63,532 nucleotides of DNA from Acidimicrobiia bacterium (GCA_036521915.1 DATDGU010000175.1:1-63532), one strand, 5' to 3'. Positions 28,129 to 38,570 are shown, counted from the first letter of the stretch. The notes: generated from the sequence alone by a model not told the origin. A program made the numbers and translations.

Positions 28129-29334
28129 TTACGTCGGACGTGGGTGGAGGGTCGCAGGCTCAGCTCGGTGGTGGGTGACCGCGTAGGACAGCGCTCCCAT
28201 CGCCACCGCCACGAGCGCGGTCAGGCCGTACAGGGTGGGCAGGCTGACGCCGGCACTCTGCAGGGGACCCGCGCCGAACGCGGCGATTCCGTATCCGACC
28301 TGGTAGAACGCGATGACGCCGCCCGCGACCGCCGCCGAGATCGCTGTCAGGTTCTCTTGACCGAAGCTGATGGTGAGCGGCAGCAGCGCGGAGCAGCCCA
28401 GGCCGGCCAACGCGAAGGCGACGATGCCCAGCACGGGCTCATCGGTGGGCAGCACCGCGATCGCGACGAAGGCGGCGGCGAGCACGAACGGCAGGAGGTG
28501 ATAGATGCGCCGGGCCGAGAAGCGTGCCCGCACCGCCGCGAAGAGCAGCCGGCCGAGCGTCACGCTCGCCCAGAACGCCGTCAACGCGATCGAGGCCTCG
28601 GTCGTCGACGACCCGAGGTGCTTCGTCATGTCGATGGATGCCCAGTTGCCGTTCATGGTCTCGCAGATCCCGTACAGGACGGCGAAGCCGGCGAAGACCC
28701 AGAACAACCTCGGGATCCCGCCCTCTCTGGTGCTGCCGTCCGTCGCGGGGAGGTCCGTGGTGCGAAGCGGGAGGCGCACGCTCATCGTGGTGAGGACGGC
28801 CAGGAGAATCGCTGACATGAGCGGCAGCCCCCACCAGAAGCCGAGGCCGACGAACGCCGCGACGAACACCGGCGCCAGCGCCGTCCCGACCCCGAGGAGC
28901 GCGTTGAGCACCAAGATGGCCCGGTCGATCCCGTCGGGGTAGAACTCGGCGGTGAAGGTGTTGAGGGCCGGCACCGTGAGACCGAAGCCGATGCCCAAAC
29001 TCGCGGTCGCGACCAGCAGGATCGCGTAGGCGACCGACTGGTCGTGCTCGACGACGGCGCTCACCAGGAGCAGCAGCATCGACACGAAGTTGGCCGCGAG
29101 ACCGACCAGGTAGAGCCGGCGCGTCCCCACCCGGCGGGAGAGGCTGGCACCGAGGAGCGCAGACGTGATCGCCGTGAGCGCCTGCGGGAGGAACAGCCCT
29201 CCGTACTGGCTGGTCGACAGCCCGTATCGCTGCGGGTCTGTGAAGATCGTGCTCGCCGCCGGGAAGGTCACGAGCACGATGCCTTGCACCGCGGCGGCGA
29301 CCTTGATGACCCGCCGTTCGGCGCTGGATGCCAT
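28129..29334 (-). CDS. MFS transporter
   Basis: 401 aa, about 12 TM segments, with MFS loop motif (LSRRVGTRRLY). Confidence 0.85.
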   Translation of the reverse strand: MASSAERRVIKVAAAVQGIVLVTFPAASTIFTDPQRYGLSTSQYGGLFLPQALTAITSALLGASLSRRVGTRRLYLVGLAANFVSMLLLLVSAVVEHDQSVAYAILLVATASLGIGFGLTVPALNTFTAEFYPDGIDRAILVLNALLGVGTALAPVFVAAFVGLGFWWGLPLMSAILLAVLTTMSVRLPLRTTDLPATDGSTREGGIPRLFWVFAGFAVLYGICETMNGNWASIDMTKHLGSSTTEASIALTAFWASVTLGRLLFAAVRARFSARRIYHLLPFVLAAAFVAIAVLPTDEPVLGIVAFALAGLGCSALLPLTISFGQENLTAISAAVAGGVIAFYQVGYGIAAFGAGPLQSAGVSLPTLYGLTALVAVAMGALSYAVTHHRAEPATLHPRPT

Positions 29335-29366
29335 CGACCGATCCCCGGGCGTTCGTCGCCCTGCGG

Positions 29367-30920
29367 CTACTTGGTTCGCTCGAGGACGTGCTCTCCGACC
29401 CGGATGCCGTTCGCCATCGCGGTGAGGCCCGGGTTCACCGCTCCGATACTCGGGAAGAAGCTGGTGTCGACGACGTAGAGGTTGTCGAGCTCGTGGGCCT
29501 TGCAGTTCTCGTCAAGCACCGACGTCGTCGGGTCAGCCCCGAAGCGGCACGTGCCCGCCTGATGCGCGCACCCCGCGACCGGGATGCTCATGTCCATGTA
29601 GAAGTTCTTGTCGAGGACATGGTGGTCGGCCATCCCGACGTGATTGAGGATCTTCTTCAGCTCGTGGTAGAGGCGACCGGCCTCCTCGTTGTTGGTCGCC
29701 TCGTACGCCAGATGCACGTTGCCGTCGTCGCCGACGGTCACTCGGTTGTCCGGCATCGGGAGATCCTCGGTGGTCAGCCAGAAGTCGACGGCGTGCTCGG
29801 CCACGTCGTCGAGCGACCAGTGCGGTGCCAGCTTGGTGAGCTTCGGCTCCTCGCCCTTCATCGCGGCGGCGTTCGACTTGCCCACCATCTGGATGTTGCC
29901 GACCGGGAACTCGTAGTCCTCGGCGCCGAAGTAGAAGTCATTCAGGCCGAGCGTCTTCTGATACCGGGTGTCGTTTTGCTCCTTCGACAGCGCGACGACG
30001 GCCTTGCAGTTGTGGAACATGTAGTTGCGCCCGACCTGGTCGGAGCCGTTCGCCAGACCCTTCGGATGTGCGTCGTTTGCGGAACTCAGCAGGAGCTTCG
30101 CGCTGTTGGCCGCGCCGGCTGCGACGATGACGATGTCGGCCTCGTAGACCTCGCGGTTGCCATCACGCGAGACGACGACCCCGGTCACGACACGCCCCGC
30201 GTCGTCGGTCTCGAGCTTGGTGACCTCGGCGTTGACGAGCAACGTGACGTTCGGCCGATCGAGGACGGGACGAACCGCGAGGTCCTCCGCGTCGGACTTC
30301 GCGTGCACGAGGCACGGATAGCCGTCACACCACGCGCACCGGATGCACATGCTCTTGGGCCGGTCGGCTTCGTCGAGCTGGATCCCACACGGTGCGTGAA
30401 ACGGGTGATAGCCGCTCGCCGCGAGGTCGTCGTGCAGCTGCTGCAGACGCGGCTCGTGAGACACGGCCGGCCAGGGGTACTCGCTGCTCCAATGCCCCTC
30501 GGTGGGGTCCTCGCCCCGGTTCCCGTGCACCTCGTACAGCCACTCGGCCTTCGAGTACCACGGCTCGAAGTCGTCGTAGCCCAGCGGCCAGGCGGGTGAC
30601 ACGCCGTCGACGTGGCGGAGCTCGCCGAAGTCTTGGGGTCGCAGGCGGTACAGCGCGGCGCCGTACAGCTTCGTCGCTCCACCCACGTAGTAGTGGACCT
30701 GGGGCTGGAAGGGATGGCCGTCCCCGTCGTACCACGTGTCGGGCGAGATGTAGCGCCCGTCGACGAAGACCGACTGGGGGTCCCAGTTCTGCATCTCGCG
30801 GGGGAGGAAGTCGCCGCGTTCCAGCAGCAGGATCCGCTGGTCCGACGCGGCGAGCGTGTGCACGAGCGTGCCCCCACCCGCCCCGCTCCCGATGACGATC
30901 ACGTCGTAGTGCTCAGGCAT
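29367..30920 (-). CDS. GMC family oxidoreductase
   Basis: YDVIVIGSGAGGGTLVHTLA FAD motif and a C-terminal GMC signature region (HQAGTCRFG). Confidence 0.9.
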   Translation of the reverse strand: MPEHYDVIVIGSGAGGGTLVHTLAASDQRILLLERGDFLPREMQNWDPQSVFVDGRYISPDTWYDGDGHPFQPQVHYYVGGATKLYGAALYRLRPQDFGELRHVDGVSPAWPLGYDDFEPWYSKAEWLYEVHGNRGEDPTEGHWSSEYPWPAVSHEPRLQQLHDDLAASGYHPFHAPCGIQLDEADRPKSMCIRCAWCDGYPCLVHAKSDAEDLAVRPVLDRPNVTLLVNAEVTKLETDDAGRVVTGVVVSRDGNREVYEADIVIVAAGAANSAKLLLSSANDAHPKGLANGSDQVGRNYMFHNCKAVVALSKEQNDTRYQKTLGLNDFYFGAEDYEFPVGNIQMVGKSNAAAMKGEEPKLTKLAPHWSLDDVAEHAVDFWLTTEDLPMPDNRVTVGDDGNVHLAYEATNNEEAGRLYHELKKILNHVGMADHHVLDKNFYMDMSIPVAGCAHQAGTCRFGADPTTSVLDENCKAHELDNLYVVDTSFFPSIGAVNPGLTAMANGIRVGEHVLERTK

Positions 30921-31176
30921 GGCCCACTTCCTCCGACTGCTTCATCGTCTCGAGGACGATGCGGACGTTGCGGACGCCAGTCTCGGCGGCTCCGCCGAGC
31001 CTTGCGTCATTCGAATCGAAGCCAACCCGCATGGTGGAGGGATGGCCGACTCACTAGACCACCTCGGGGGCACGCTAGTACCGTGCCCGCGCGGACGGTG
31101 CCGACCCCGGTGCGTTCCTCGACTCACCGGGTCCACCATCCACTGGGTCATCGACGGCCAACCGAGGAGTCGTGTC

Positions 31177-33003
31177 ATGGCGAGTCGGATCGAGGACTAC
31201 GCCATCATCGGCGACACGCACACCGCGGCACTGGTGGGCAAGGACGGGTCGATCGACTGGCTGTGCGCCCCCCGCTTCGATTCGGGTGCCATGTTCGCCG
31301 CCCTCTTGGGCTCGCCGGACAACGGGCGGTGGCTGGTCGCGCCCGCCGGTGGCGTGCGGCGAGTGGAGCGGCGCTACCGGGGCGACACGCTCGTGCTCGA
31401 GACCACGTTCCACACCGACGACGGCGTCGTGCGGATCGTCGATTGCATGCCGATCCGGGGGACGAGCGTCGACATGGTGCGGATCGTCGAAGGGGTCTCC
31501 GGCCGGGTCCCGATCCACATGGACCTGCGGGTCCGCTTCGACTACGGGTCGATCCGGCCGTGGGTCGTCGAGGCGGACGGGCTCACGCACGCCACCGCGG
31601 GTCCCGACGCGATGGTGCTGACCACACCAGTTCACACCGAAGGAGCCGGCGCCGCCACGGTGGCCGACTTCGTCATCACCGAGGGTGAGAAGGTGCCGTT
31701 CGTCCTGGCGTGGTACCCGTCACACGAGCAGCCCCCCCGGTGCGGCGACCCCGAGCGCCTGGTCCGTGAGACCACCTCCTGGTGGGAGCGGTGGTCGAAG
31801 CGGAGCGCCTTCACCGGTGAGGCCCGGGACCTCACCATGCGTTCCCTGATCACGCTCAAAGCCCTCACCTACGCACCGACGGGCGGCATCGTCGCTGCGG
31901 CGACCACCGCGCTCCCCGAGTGGATCGGCAGTGTCCGCAACTGGGACTACCGCTACTGCTGGCTGCGCGACTCGGTGCTCACGCTGCTGGCGCTCATGGC
32001 GGGCGGCTACCACGAAGAAGCCATGGCTTGGCGGAACTGGCTCTTGCGAGCGGCGGCCGGGGAGCCCTCCGACCTCCAGATCATGTACGGGCTGCACGGC
32101 GAGCGACGCCTCACCGAGTACGACCTCGGCTGGCTCCCGGGATACGAAGGATCGACTCCGGTCCACGTGGGCAACGCGGCCAGCGGCCAGTTCCAGCTCG
32201 ACGTGTACGGCGAGACGCTCGCCTCGCTGTACCTCATGCGGGTCGCCGCGCCGGCGACTGACCCCTCCCACGATTCCTGGCCGATGGAGACGGCGCTGCT
32301 CGAGTTCCTGGAAGGGGCATGGCAGCATCCCGACGACGGGCTTTGGGAGATGCGAGGCGAGCGCCAACACTTCACGCATTCGAAAGTCATGGCGTGGCTC
32401 GCCTTCGACACGGCGATCCGCTCGGTCGAGCAGTTCAAGCTGCCCGGGCCGGTCGACCGTTGGCGGGCGCGGCGCGACGAGATCAAGACGCTCGTGTGCA
32501 CGGAAGGGTTCGACCCCGAGCTTGGCTCGTTCACCCAGACGTTCGGTTCGAAGCAACTCGACGGTTCGCTGCTCCAGATCCCGCTGACCGGCTTCCTTCC
32601 GCCCGACGACGAGCGAGTGCTGGGGACCGTCGCCGCCATCGAGCGCGACCTGATCCACGATGGCTTCGTCCTCCGGTACCGAACCGATTTGGCCGACGAT
32701 GGACTCCCACCCGGAGAGGGTGCGTTCCTGCCGTGCTCGTTCTGGCTCGTCGACAACTACGTCCTGCAGGGACGCGCGCACGAGGCGCGCGCCCTCTACG
32801 ACCGTCTCGCCAGCATGGCCAACGATGTCGGCCTGTACTCCGAGGAGTACGACCCGACCGGCAAGCGCCAGCTGGGGAACACCCCCCAGGCGTTCACGCA
32901 CCTCGCACAGGTGCAAGCCGCCCGGCTGGTCACGGGCGCCCAGGGTGTCGCACACATCGGCGACGAGCGGCTGCCCACCGGCATCCTCGGCCACGAGGCA
33001 TGA
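31177..33003 (+). CDS. glycoside hydrolase family 15 protein (glucoamylase/trehalase-like)
   Basis: ATG 31177 after GAGGAG. MASRIEDYAIIGDTHTAALVGKDGSIDWLCAPRFDSGAMFAALLG is the canonical GH15 N-terminus. RNWDYRYCWLRD catalytic region. Confidence 0.9.
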   Translation: MASRIEDYAIIGDTHTAALVGKDGSIDWLCAPRFDSGAMFAALLGSPDNGRWLVAPAGGVRRVERRYRGDTLVLETTFHTDDGVVRIVDCMPIRGTSVDMVRIVEGVSGRVPIHMDLRVRFDYGSIRPWVVEADGLTHATAGPDAMVLTTPVHTEGAGAATVADFVITEGEKVPFVLAWYPSHEQPPRCGDPERLVRETTSWWERWSKRSAFTGEARDLTMRSLITLKALTYAPTGGIVAAATTALPEWIGSVRNWDYRYCWLRDSVLTLLALMAGGYHEEAMAWRNWLLRAAAGEPSDLQIMYGLHGERRLTEYDLGWLPGYEGSTPVHVGNAASGQFQLDVYGETLASLYLMRVAAPATDPSHDSWPMETALLEFLEGAWQHPDDGLWEMRGERQHFTHSKVMAWLAFDTAIRSVEQFKLPGPVDRWRARRDEIKTLVCTEGFDPELGSFTQTFGSKQLDGSLLQIPLTGFLPPDDERVLGTVAAIERDLIHDGFVLRYRTDLADDGLPPGEGAFLPCSFWLVDNYVLQGRAHEARALYDRLASMANDVGLYSEEYDPTGKRQLGNTPQAFTHLAQVQAARLVTGAQGVAHIGDERLPTGILGHEA

Positions 33004-33085
33004 GCCAGGTTCCACTCCCGGGTCATCCCACGGCGCCCGCCGCTCGCCGATCGAGGGGCGCGGGCCCGGCGCCGAGGACGGCGGG

Positions 33086-34498
33086 GTGAGCTCGATCCTG
33101 CTGGCCGTCAATCCCGTGCCGTGGGCTCGGGCGCAGATGGCCTTCACGCTCGCCTTCCACATCATCCTGGTTCCGCTCGGCGTCGCGTGGGCCTTCATGG
33201 CGCTCGTCGCCAACTATCGGGCCGTCAAGCGAGGCGACGAGGACGCGCTGCTGCTCGCGCAACGATGGTCGAAGTACATGGCTGTCACCTTCGCCGTGGG
33301 TGCCGTGACCGGCACCGTCCTCACCTTCGAGTTCGGGCTGCTCTGGCCGACGTTCATGGGTCGGTTCGGCGCCGCGTTCGGGATCCCGTTCGCCGTCGAA
33401 GGCCTGTTCTTCTTCCTCGAGGCGATCTTCATCGCGATCTACATCTACGGATGGAAACGGCTGAAGCCGTGGCCACACTTCTGGACCGGCGTGCCGATCG
33501 TGATCGCCGGCATCGGGGGCGTGGCCTCGGTCGTCGCCGCGAACGCGTGGATGAACGAACCGGCCGGTTTCACCCTGAACTCGGCCGGCAAGGTGACGAG
33601 CGTCGACCCCATCGGTGTGATCTTCAACTCGGCGATGCCCTACGAGACGGCGCACATGCTCGTGGCGGCCTATCTCGTCGGTGGGTTCCTGATCGCGTCG
33701 GTGTACGCCGCGGGGATGCTCCGGGGCCGCCGTGACCGCTATCACCGGCTGGGGTTCATCATCCCGTTCACCGTCGCCGCCATCGCGGCGCCCGTCCAGA
33801 TGCTGGTCGGCGACACCTTGGCCCGGTACGTCTTCAACAACGAACCGACCAAGTTCGCGGCGATCGAGCTCGTCCCGAAGACCAAGAGCGACGTCCCGGA
33901 GACGCTGTTCGGGCACCTGAACTCGAACGGCTCGGTCACGGGGGGCCTCGCGATTCCGGGCCTCGCCTCGATCCTCTCGGACCCCTCGACGCGGACGAGC
34001 ACCGTCGTGCAGGGCCTCAACGCGGTTGCCAAGCAGGACGAGCCGACGGTCGCCGAGGTCAACATCGTGCACCTGGCGTGGGACGTGATGGTCGGGCTCG
34101 CCACCCTGCTGTTCCTGCTCTCGGTCTGGTACGCGCTCGGCTGGTTCCGACGGCGAGACCTCCCGAAGAGTCGCTGGTTCCTCCGGGTCGCCGCGGGAGC
34201 CGGGGTCCTATCCATCGTGGCCCTCGAGGCCGGTTGGGTCGTCACCGAGGTCGGCCGTCAGCCCTGGATCGTGCACAACTACCTCACGGTCCAACAGGGC
34301 GCCACCACGAACCACGGGGTATGGGCCACCTTCCTCGTGGTCCTCGTCGTGTACCTCGCGGTCGGCGTCACATTGATCCAGATCCTGCGGTCGATGAGCC
34401 GCCGTTGGCGGGCCGGCCAGGAGCTCGACGACGCCGAAGCGCCCTACGGTCCCCGCGAGCCGATCCCACCCCCAGCTGAGAACGTCCCGGTCGGATGA
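33086..34498 (+). CDS. cydA: cytochrome bd ubiquinol oxidase subunit I
   Basis: GTG 33086. WARAQMAFTLAFHIILVPLG, GAVTGTVLTFEFGLLWP, and a Q-loop followed by WVVTEVGRQPW. Confidence 0.9.
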   Translation: MSSILLAVNPVPWARAQMAFTLAFHIILVPLGVAWAFMALVANYRAVKRGDEDALLLAQRWSKYMAVTFAVGAVTGTVLTFEFGLLWPTFMGRFGAAFGIPFAVEGLFFFLEAIFIAIYIYGWKRLKPWPHFWTGVPIVIAGIGGVASVVAANAWMNEPAGFTLNSAGKVTSVDPIGVIFNSAMPYETAHMLVAAYLVGGFLIASVYAAGMLRGRRDRYHRLGFIIPFTVAAIAAPVQMLVGDTLARYVFNNEPTKFAAIELVPKTKSDVPETLFGHLNSNGSVTGGLAIPGLASILSDPSTRTSTVVQGLNAVAKQDEPTVAEVNIVHLAWDVMVGLATLLFLLSVWYALGWFRRRDLPKSRWFLRVAAGAGVLSIVALEAGWVVTEVGRQPWIVHNYLTVQQGATTNHGVWATFLVVLVVYLAVGVTLIQILRSMSRRWRAGQELDDAEAPYGPREPIPPPAENVPVG

Positions 34499-35511
34499 GC
34501 ACCGCGGTCGCCGTCGTCTTGTTCGTCGGCGTCACCGCCTACGCCGTCTTCGGCGGGGCGGACTTTGGTGCCGGATTCTGGGACCTCACCGCCGGTGGTG
34601 CGGCTCGCGGCGCGCGGCCGCGGGCCGTGGCCGCGCACTCCATCGGCCCTGTCTGGGAGGCCGACCACGTCTGGCTCATCTTCTGCCTCGTGGTGCTGTG
34701 GACCGCCTTCTCGCAAGCCTTCGCCTCCATCATGCTGACCCTGTTCGTCCCGCTCACCCTCGCCGCGCTTGGGATCGTGCTGCGAGGTTCGAGCTTCGCG
34801 TTCCGCAAAGAGGTGTTCCGCACCGCCCAGCAGCGCACCTTCGGCGCCGCGTTCGCGGTGTCGTCGGTGCTGGTCCCGTTCTGCTTGGGTGCCGTCGCCG
34901 GGGCGATCGCCTCGGGGCGAGTGCCCGCGGGGGGCAAGGCGGGCGACCCCTGGTCGAGCTGGCTCAATCCCACCTCGATCCTCGGAGGCGTCCTCGCCGT
35001 CTGTGTTTGCGCCTACCTCGCGGCCACGTTCTTGGTGTGGGACGCCCGCCGCCTCGACGAGACGGACATGGTCGAGTACTTCCGCCGCCGGGCCATCGCC
35101 ACGGCGGTCGTCACCGGCGTCGTCGCGTTCGCCGGCATCTTCGTGCTCCGCAGTGACGCTCGGTACGTCTTTGACGGCCTGACCGCGCGGGCGCTGCCGG
35201 TGGTCCTGGTCTCGGCCGTGTGCGGCACCGCATCCCTCATCTTGATGATTCGTGGCGCCCACCGGTGGGCGAGGGTGCTCGCCGTCGGCGCCGTCGCGGC
35301 CGTTGTTGTGGCGTGGGGGGTCGCCCAGTGGCCGTATCTCCTCCCCACGACGCTCAAGGTGTCGCAAGCGGCGGCGCCCTCCGCGACGCTCGGTGCCGTG
35401 CTGGTCGTGTTCGGGGTCGCCGTGGTCGTCATCTTGCCGTCGCTGGCGCTGCTCTACGTGCTGGACCAGCGCAGCCTTCTCGAGGCCGAGGGGCCTCACC
35501 CCGCCCGCTGA
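34495..35511 (+). CDS. cydB: cytochrome bd ubiquinol oxidase subunit II
   Basis: ATGA overlap with cydA. YAVFGGADFGAGFWDL N-terminal CydB motif. Polytopic. Confidence 0.9.
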   Translation: MSTAVAVVLFVGVTAYAVFGGADFGAGFWDLTAGGAARGARPRAVAAHSIGPVWEADHVWLIFCLVVLWTAFSQAFASIMLTLFVPLTLAALGIVLRGSSFAFRKEVFRTAQQRTFGAAFAVSSVLVPFCLGAVAGAIASGRVPAGGKAGDPWSSWLNPTSILGGVLAVCVCAYLAATFLVWDARRLDETDMVEYFRRRAIATAVVTGVVAFAGIFVLRSDARYVFDGLTARALPVVLVSAVCGTASLILMIRGAHRWARVLAVGAVAAVVVAWGVAQWPYLLPTTLKVSQAAAPSATLGAVLVVFGVAVVVILPSLALLYVLDQRSLLEAEGPHPAR

Positions 35512-35586
35512 ACGGCGCGCCGCGACCATGGGATTTGGGGCCCTCCGCACGTTGATGTCCCGCGCTGAGTACTTCGGGAGGGGTTC

Positions 35587-36933
35587 GTGACGAACGCTGC
35601 TTCACCGGAGGAAGCGCCGCGTCCCCCCGACCCGACCGAGATCCTGAAGTCTCGCCGGTACCTGGCGCTCCTGGTGCTCGGCGCCGTCATCGGCGTCCCG
35701 GTGGCGACCGTGGCCTACTTCTTCTTGGAAGGGGTCTCCAGAGTCCAGACGGAGATCTTCAGCGATCTTCCCCGCCAGCTCGGATACCACGCAGAACCTC
35801 TGTGGTGGCCGCTGCCCTGGCTGGTGCTCAGCGGCGTGCTGGTCGCTCTGGCCATCCGATACCTGCCTGGGACCGGCGGCCATGAACCGTCAGAGGGCTT
35901 CAAGTCAGGCGCACCGGTCGAGCCGATCGAGCTGTTCGGGATCGTCGCGGCCGCCTTTGCCACGCTGAGTCTCGGGGTGGTGCTCGGCCCCGAGGCACCC
36001 CTGATCGCGATCGGCAGCGGCCTGGGTGTACTGGCCGTGCACCTGGTCAAGCGGGACGCGCCCTCCCAGGCCACCGTCGTCATCGGCGCTGCGGGGAGTT
36101 TCGCTGCCATCGCCACCCTGCTGGGCTCGCCGGTGACCGGTGCCTTTCTGCTCATGGAGATCGCCGGGCTGGGAGGCCCGATGATGGAGGTCCTGCTCAT
36201 CCCGGGTCTCCTCGCGGCAGGCGTCGGTTCACTGATCTTCGTGGGCCTAGACAACCTGACCGGATACGGGACGTTCTCGCTGACCGTCGCCAACATCCCC
36301 CACGTCGGGTCGCCGACCGGGGCCGAGTTCCTCTGGGCCGTCGCCATCGGTCTCATCGCCGCCGTCCTCGCAACCGGCATCTTCCGCATCGCCCAGATGC
36401 TCCGGCCCCTCGTCGAGCGGCACAGATTGTTGTTGACGCCAGTTGTGGGTCTGACCGTCGGGGGACTGGCCATCGCATTCGCAGCCGGAACCAGTCACGG
36501 CTCCTCCGAAGTGCTCTTCTCCGGGCAGTCCGCGCTCCCGACGCTCGTGCAGCAAGCCGGCAGCTGGACGGTGGGCGCATTGCTCTTACTGCTGGCCTGT
36601 AAGGGTCTGGCCTACGCGATCTCGTTGAGTAGCTTCCGCGGTGGACCCATCTTCCCCAGCATGTTCATCGGTGCGGCCGGCGGGATCGCCCTCTCCCACT
36701 TCTCGAGCCTGCCCTTGATCGCGGGTGTGGCCATGGGCGTCGGGGCCATGACAGCAGGAGCGCTGAAATTGCCGATGACGGCCGTGCTGCTCCCGAGCCT
36801 CCTCTTCATCTCCGACGCAATCGTGTTGATGCCAGTCGTGATCGTGGCCGTCGTCGTCTCGTACATCGTGGCCGTTCGGATCAACCCGACCCCACCGGAC
36901 GCGCCGACGCCTGCTGCGCCGGGCCATCGTTGA
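35587..36933 (+). CDS. ClC-family voltage-gated chloride channel / H+-Cl- antiporter
   Basis: 448 aa. Selectivity motifs GTGGHEPSEG..., GPEAPLIAIG and GGPIFPSMFIG. Confidence 0.9.
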   Translation: MTNAASPEEAPRPPDPTEILKSRRYLALLVLGAVIGVPVATVAYFFLEGVSRVQTEIFSDLPRQLGYHAEPLWWPLPWLVLSGVLVALAIRYLPGTGGHEPSEGFKSGAPVEPIELFGIVAAAFATLSLGVVLGPEAPLIAIGSGLGVLAVHLVKRDAPSQATVVIGAAGSFAAIATLLGSPVTGAFLLMEIAGLGGPMMEVLLIPGLLAAGVGSLIFVGLDNLTGYGTFSLTVANIPHVGSPTGAEFLWAVAIGLIAAVLATGIFRIAQMLRPLVERHRLLLTPVVGLTVGGLAIAFAAGTSHGSSEVLFSGQSALPTLVQQAGSWTVGALLLLLACKGLAYAISLSSFRGGPIFPSMFIGAAGGIALSHFSSLPLIAGVAMGVGAMTAGALKLPMTAVLLPSLLFISDAIVLMPVVIVAVVVSYIVAVRINPTPPDAPTPAAPGHR

Positions 36934-36999
36934 ACACTCGGGAGGATGCGCACTCCGCACCGCGTGCTTGGCGGCACAGTGCCGGAGTTCCGATGCCGA

Positions 37000-38391
37000 T
37001 CACGGCGCGGCGTAGGTCCAGTCGGGCTGCTTCCGGTCCTGCCGCGGGTCGTAGGTGGCCACGCCGTCGCGCACGTCGACGATCTTCGGGGTGGGCAGCG
37101 GCTCGACGAGCGCATCCGTCTCGAGCTCCGAGACGAAGTCCTCGGGGAACGTGCGCAGCAGGCTGCCGATCATCCGCTGCTCCTCCTCGCCGAGATAGCA
37201 GCGATTCTGATCGGTGATGCCCTGGAGTCGCTCGCCGATGATCCGGACGTCGAGGAGCTCGCCGCGTCCTTCGGCGAGGCGGTCGAGTCGCCGCGTGATC
37301 TCGCCGCACCCGTACTTGCAGGCCCGGCACTGGCCGCACGACTCGACGTACAGGAACCGTGACACCATGCGAGCGACGGCGAGCATGCTGCGGGTGTCGT
37401 CGTAGACGATGAAGCCGCACGAGCCCAGTCCGCTGCCCGCCGCCGCCATCCCTTCGTAGCTGAGCGGCGCGTCGAGGTCCGCCGCGGCGAGCACGGGGTT
37501 CGCGACGCCCGAGAGCACGGCCTTGACGCTGCGACCCTCACGCACCGGACCGCCGATCTCCTCCAGGACGTCGCGCAGCCGGGTGCCCGGCTCGATCTCC
37601 CCGTACCCGCAGCGTGTGACGTCACCCACGACGGAGCACAGGAGTGGGCCCGGCGTCTGCTCCGTCCCGATGCTGCGGTACCAGTCGGCTCCCCGCGTCA
37701 GGATGAGCGGGACGTTGGCCAGCGTCTCGACGTTCGACACCAGCGTGGGGTTCGACCCCTCGACCGCGCCCGTGTCGGCGGGCGGCCCGGTGACCGCCGA
37801 CCAGCCTTCCTGGGGTGTCGTGGCGAACAGCCCGTGCTGATACGGCGCCAGCCAACGGGGCATCGGGTCGTTGCCCTCGATCACCTCGAGCAGGGCCTTC
37901 TCCTCGCCGAAGAGGTACTCCTCGGGCCCCGTGACGAGGGTGACCGGCACATCGCCGAAGTACCCGCCGGCGGACACCTCCTCCATCGCGTGTCGCAGCG
38001 CCTCAATCTCGGGCTCGAAGGACGCCTTCACGGCGACGAACGCCGCCCGCGCGTCGACGACGAGCGCGGCGATGGCGAGGCCCTCCAGCACCTGGAACGG
38101 GTTCGTGCGAAGCAGTGGCCGGTCCTTGAAGGTCCCGGGCTCGCCCTCGGCACCGTTGGCGACCACATACCGGTCACCGAACGCCGGGCCGCCCCCGAGC
38201 ACCGAACGCCACTTGCGCGCCGCTGGGAACCCGGCGCCGCCACGGCCTCGAAGGCCGGCTCGGTCCAGCTCGTCGAGGACACCGTCAGCGCCCCGCGCCC
38301 TCGCGGCGTCGATGGCCTGGCCGCCGCCCGCCGCGGCGTACGTCGCGAGCCCGTCATAGGGGACCCGCGGGAGCAGAAGGTGTGGCTCCAC
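37000..38391 (-). CDS. NuoF-like NADH-binding FMN/4Fe-4S flavoprotein (orphan)
   Basis: GLRGRGGAGFPAARKW (FMN/NADH site), NGAEGEPGTFKDR, ESCGQCRACKYG (N3 cluster). Start probably GTG 38391 (VEPHLLLP). The rest of ORF 37000..38940 is read-through. Confidence 0.8.
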   Translation of the reverse strand: MEPHLLLPRVPYDGLATYAAAGGGQAIDAARARGADGVLDELDRAGLRGRGGAGFPAARKWRSVLGGGPAFGDRYVVANGAEGEPGTFKDRPLLRTNPFQVLEGLAIAALVVDARAAFVAVKASFEPEIEALRHAMEEVSAGGYFGDVPVTLVTGPEEYLFGEEKALLEVIEGNDPMPRWLAPYQHGLFATTPQEGWSAVTGPPADTGAVEGSNPTLVSNVETLANVPLILTRGADWYRSIGTEQTPGPLLCSVVGDVTRCGYGEIEPGTRLRDVLEEIGGPVREGRSVKAVLSGVANPVLAAADLDAPLSYEGMAAAGSGLGSCGFIVYDDTRSMLAVARMVSRFLYVESCGQCRACKYGCGEITRRLDRLAEGRGELLDVRIIGERLQGITDQNRCYLGEEEQRMIGSLLRTFPEDFVSELETDALVEPLPTPKIVDVRDGVATYDPRQDRKQPDWTYAAP

Positions 38392-38469
38392 GGCATCGAT
38401 TATGGATCCATGGTCCCCGTCCCGTCGGACCACGCGAACGCGGGCCGGAGCCCAGGGCGCGCCGCTCAC

Positions 38470-38496
38470 GACTCGCGAGCTGGCGGCTCGCGAGAC
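38470..38496. repeat. hairpin repeat, variant copy
   Basis: GACTCGCGAGC-TGGCG-GCTCGCGAGAC. Inner stem changed on both arms. Between the membrane protein gene and the NuoF-like gene. Confidence 0.6.
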
Positions 38497-38570
38497 CGGC
38501 GCGCGCCGTTGACGCGACGGGACGCCAGGTCGGCCACGTCCGCGACCGCCCTGGCGTCCCTGCGAGGGCC

